64,000 nucleotides of DNA from Antedon mediterranea (Eukaryota; Animalia; Echinodermata), in the NCBI RefSeq assembly GCF_964355755.1, contig NC_092673.1, positions 30,377,648-30,441,647 of the forward strand, in the 5' to 3' direction. Positions 61,390-64,000 of the stretch are shown piece after piece. Position 1 is the stretch's first letter. Every line of letters begins with the position of its first letter. A program made the position numbers and the translations under genes. The notes beneath the pieces are model-generated. The model was not told the DNA's origin and searched no databases. It saw only the letters and a list, made by a program, of their open reading frames with translations.

Positions 61390-64000
61390 CACGGTATTTC
61401 TAATATTAGTAGTATACTAATTAACTGAGCATAAACAGCAGCTGCACCTGTCTTGGTCGCAACTGTGAATTTCCAGGTATGGATTTAAGTTATAACAAGT
61501 GAATGTAAGGAGTTTCTCTGAAAACGAAACATTTGGGTGTATTAAAGTTTAGAAATCGAATGAGCCGGATATACGTTGATCTATACAAACAACGATGCTT
61601 TTGTGGTAAGATATTAAAATTCGATTGGTTATTACCCTAAAACTATACCTTAACACCACCAGCCCTTCCCCTATTATTTTGATGTAGACTTTTGCATTTG
61701 AAGGCATAGGCCTATTGGGAAAACACATCGTAAGAGTTTTAAGAGAATGTTTCATAGAAAAGTAGGTATGTATACCGTGTCTATCTTGTGTATTTTCGAT
61801 TTAGTTGTAGGCCCTATATCATAAATAAATAGTCTATAGATAGACATATATATATATATACATAGTCTACCATGTTAATTGGCAGGCTCAATAAATATTC
61901 CGTTTTGGTGGTACATCCTGAACACGTCTACTAATTTAATTTTCATATGTAATTTAATTTATGCTGCGACAGGAAATTATAGTCATGTTGTTAGGTGCGA
62001 CAACATGCTGCTCCTAATTTTGACCAAACATTGGATGACGAACGAACCAATCAACAAATAAATAAAATGTTTGATTGATACATGAACACAAATTAATGAC
62101 CTTTGGCTTTCATTTGGCGATTTAATATTGTAGATCATTTAGGCCTATAGTTGAAAATTGGTTTCTGTTTTTCTTATTTCTTAGGAATACTGGCATGTAA
62201 GCTCACATCCGTCCTTAGATTATTGTTTCAGGGATGGTAAAACCATAATACAAGGAAACAATACTAGAACTATATAGAAATATAGAACAGAAAAACAAAG
62301 AAAGGTGATTTGTTAAGTAGACAGTGAAAAAGTAAGCATGCAATATAAACAGCGAAGTAATATTGGCCTTTGTACATTTTTGACATCCAGGACACGAAAA
62401 ACAAATCATCAAAAAAGAAGAAAATCATAAAATACCATTATTGTTTACTATGATCTCCATGTCTCTTGCTTGAGAAAAAAAACCAATGCCAATAATTAAT
62501 AGGCCTAAGTTATTCTATGATATACCGTACAAGACAACCCTTCTTTTTTCGTTGGCATGTGTGGCTAAACTATAATAAGCTACACATTTGTAACAGCGGC
62601 ACACTTCTTGAATGAAGGTGCGTCCAGAGTAAGTAAAATAAAAGTTAGAAAAAATAGGACTATTTACAAGGAAACTTAAACTAAATTGTGTCCTTTCATT
62701 TCATTTCTCTTTTTCCATGCCCGTTTGGTGAAATTTATTTATTTTTAATTTTCTTTATTCAGTTGACAATCAACAGCGATGAAACCGCCACTAACAGGTT
62801 GAATCGAATGCAACTTCAATATTTGTAGGAAGATCAAGTAAAAGTGAATCAAGAACATACATTAATTTTTGGTCTATTGTTCCATTATTAAATTGGATAT
62901 AGATACTCGAATAAACTTGCTAACAAAACGTCACCATCAAACGTCATTGTATGGTTTCTTCATTATTTTGTGGAGAAGTTTGGTATAATATTTGGCTAAA
63001 GTAGATTGTGTATTTTCTGTAACAAATGTAATATGACATTTAAAAAGTACTATGCAAAAAAAAATTATGTCTATTTTAACACATTTTGAATATATACAAT
63101 AAGTTTGATTTTGATAAACACAACGAAGTTGGCCTACTGTAGTAATGTATTACTTTCTCTAAATTCAGACACGCTTCAGGGCCATTGTTTAAGAAACTGA
63201 AAATATTAAACGTTTACGGTAAACGTCATATGATTTATGGCAAATGTAAGATCCGAAGAATTACCGCATCATGTACGTTTAATTACCGTGACAGTTTTAC
63301 TCATAACCTCGGAACAGAAACTTAATTTGGAATTCCCTTCACGAGATTAACAATTTATACACATATATTGACCAAAGTTGTGTAATAAACTGGATATTTA
63401 AAGAAACAAACTAAATAAACACGTTGAAAAATACTATTCATCGCCTTACGCTGACGAACAACACTAAATTGTATATAGGAAATGACATTTCTTATTTAAA
63501 TTTTATTTATGTTTTGTTTTATTCTTATGTTTTATGTAAAAGGGTCAAAATTCTTGATGCAGGATCCTCGCCATTAATTACATACAGCAATTGTAGTTAT
63601 AATCAATGACTAAATAAATGTGAATCAATAAAATAAGGTAAAACAAGGTAAATTTGATGTACCCAAATGGACGTGATGATGTCATATAACTAACAAATTT
63701 GGTCGTTTCACAATTAAAAAAAATTAGAGTCGAGCTTTAAGCTAACTTACTTACCTAAAACATTGTTCAGTCTTTCTTACAATATTTTTATGTGAAATGA
63801 AACTTACCACCATTTGTCCACTGCTATTAATGATATTGTTGGCAGGAAAACAAATTAAGAATTTTTTAGATTTCTCGTCAAATTTATATTTTCGTGATGC
63901 TTGCATTTTTAAATAAATTATAATATTTCTATTCTGTTAAACAACAAAAGATACCATCTGTTTCAAGTCATATTATTATTAAGTTCCATTCCTTACGTTT

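Noticed and set aside
62900-63620. Possible + strand gene head-to-head with C3
   Set aside because: The only protein-like stretch (HASGPLFKKLKILNVY) resembles a decayed LINE ORF2 C-terminus; no consistent exon chain.

Overview
AT-rich, intron-containing animal genomic DNA (probably an invertebrate; taxon not determinable from sequence), not prokaryotic. It holds an innate-immune-type gene neighbourhood: (1) a small three-exon gene of unknown family on + (138 aa; CCAAT/GC/TATA promoter at ~1.6-1.7 kb); (2) a tandem array of three Apolipoprotein-L-like genes on - (one apparently intact 421-aa copy at 26337-29964, one frameshifted copy, one fragment), whose N-terminal ~100 aa resemble an IRAK4/Pelle/Tube-type Death domain; (3) a complete ~36-exon complement C3-like gene on - (34271-61389) with GCGEQ thioester, catalytic His, beta/alpha furin site, an atypical anaphylatoxin module and a C345C domain. 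The rest is transposon-dense: a near-intact Ty3/Gypsy LTR element (16897-23529), a 5'-truncated L1/Tx1-type LINE with a 14-bp TSD, non-autonomous Helitrons, Helentron-type HINEs (one carrying a tRNA-Val copy), TTAA-flanked Kolobok-like elements, self-nesting Harbinger-type MITEs and a tRNA-SINE. The top candidate for a novel system is the putative Death-domain-ApoL fusion array linked to C3. All calls come from manual reading; no database searches were run.
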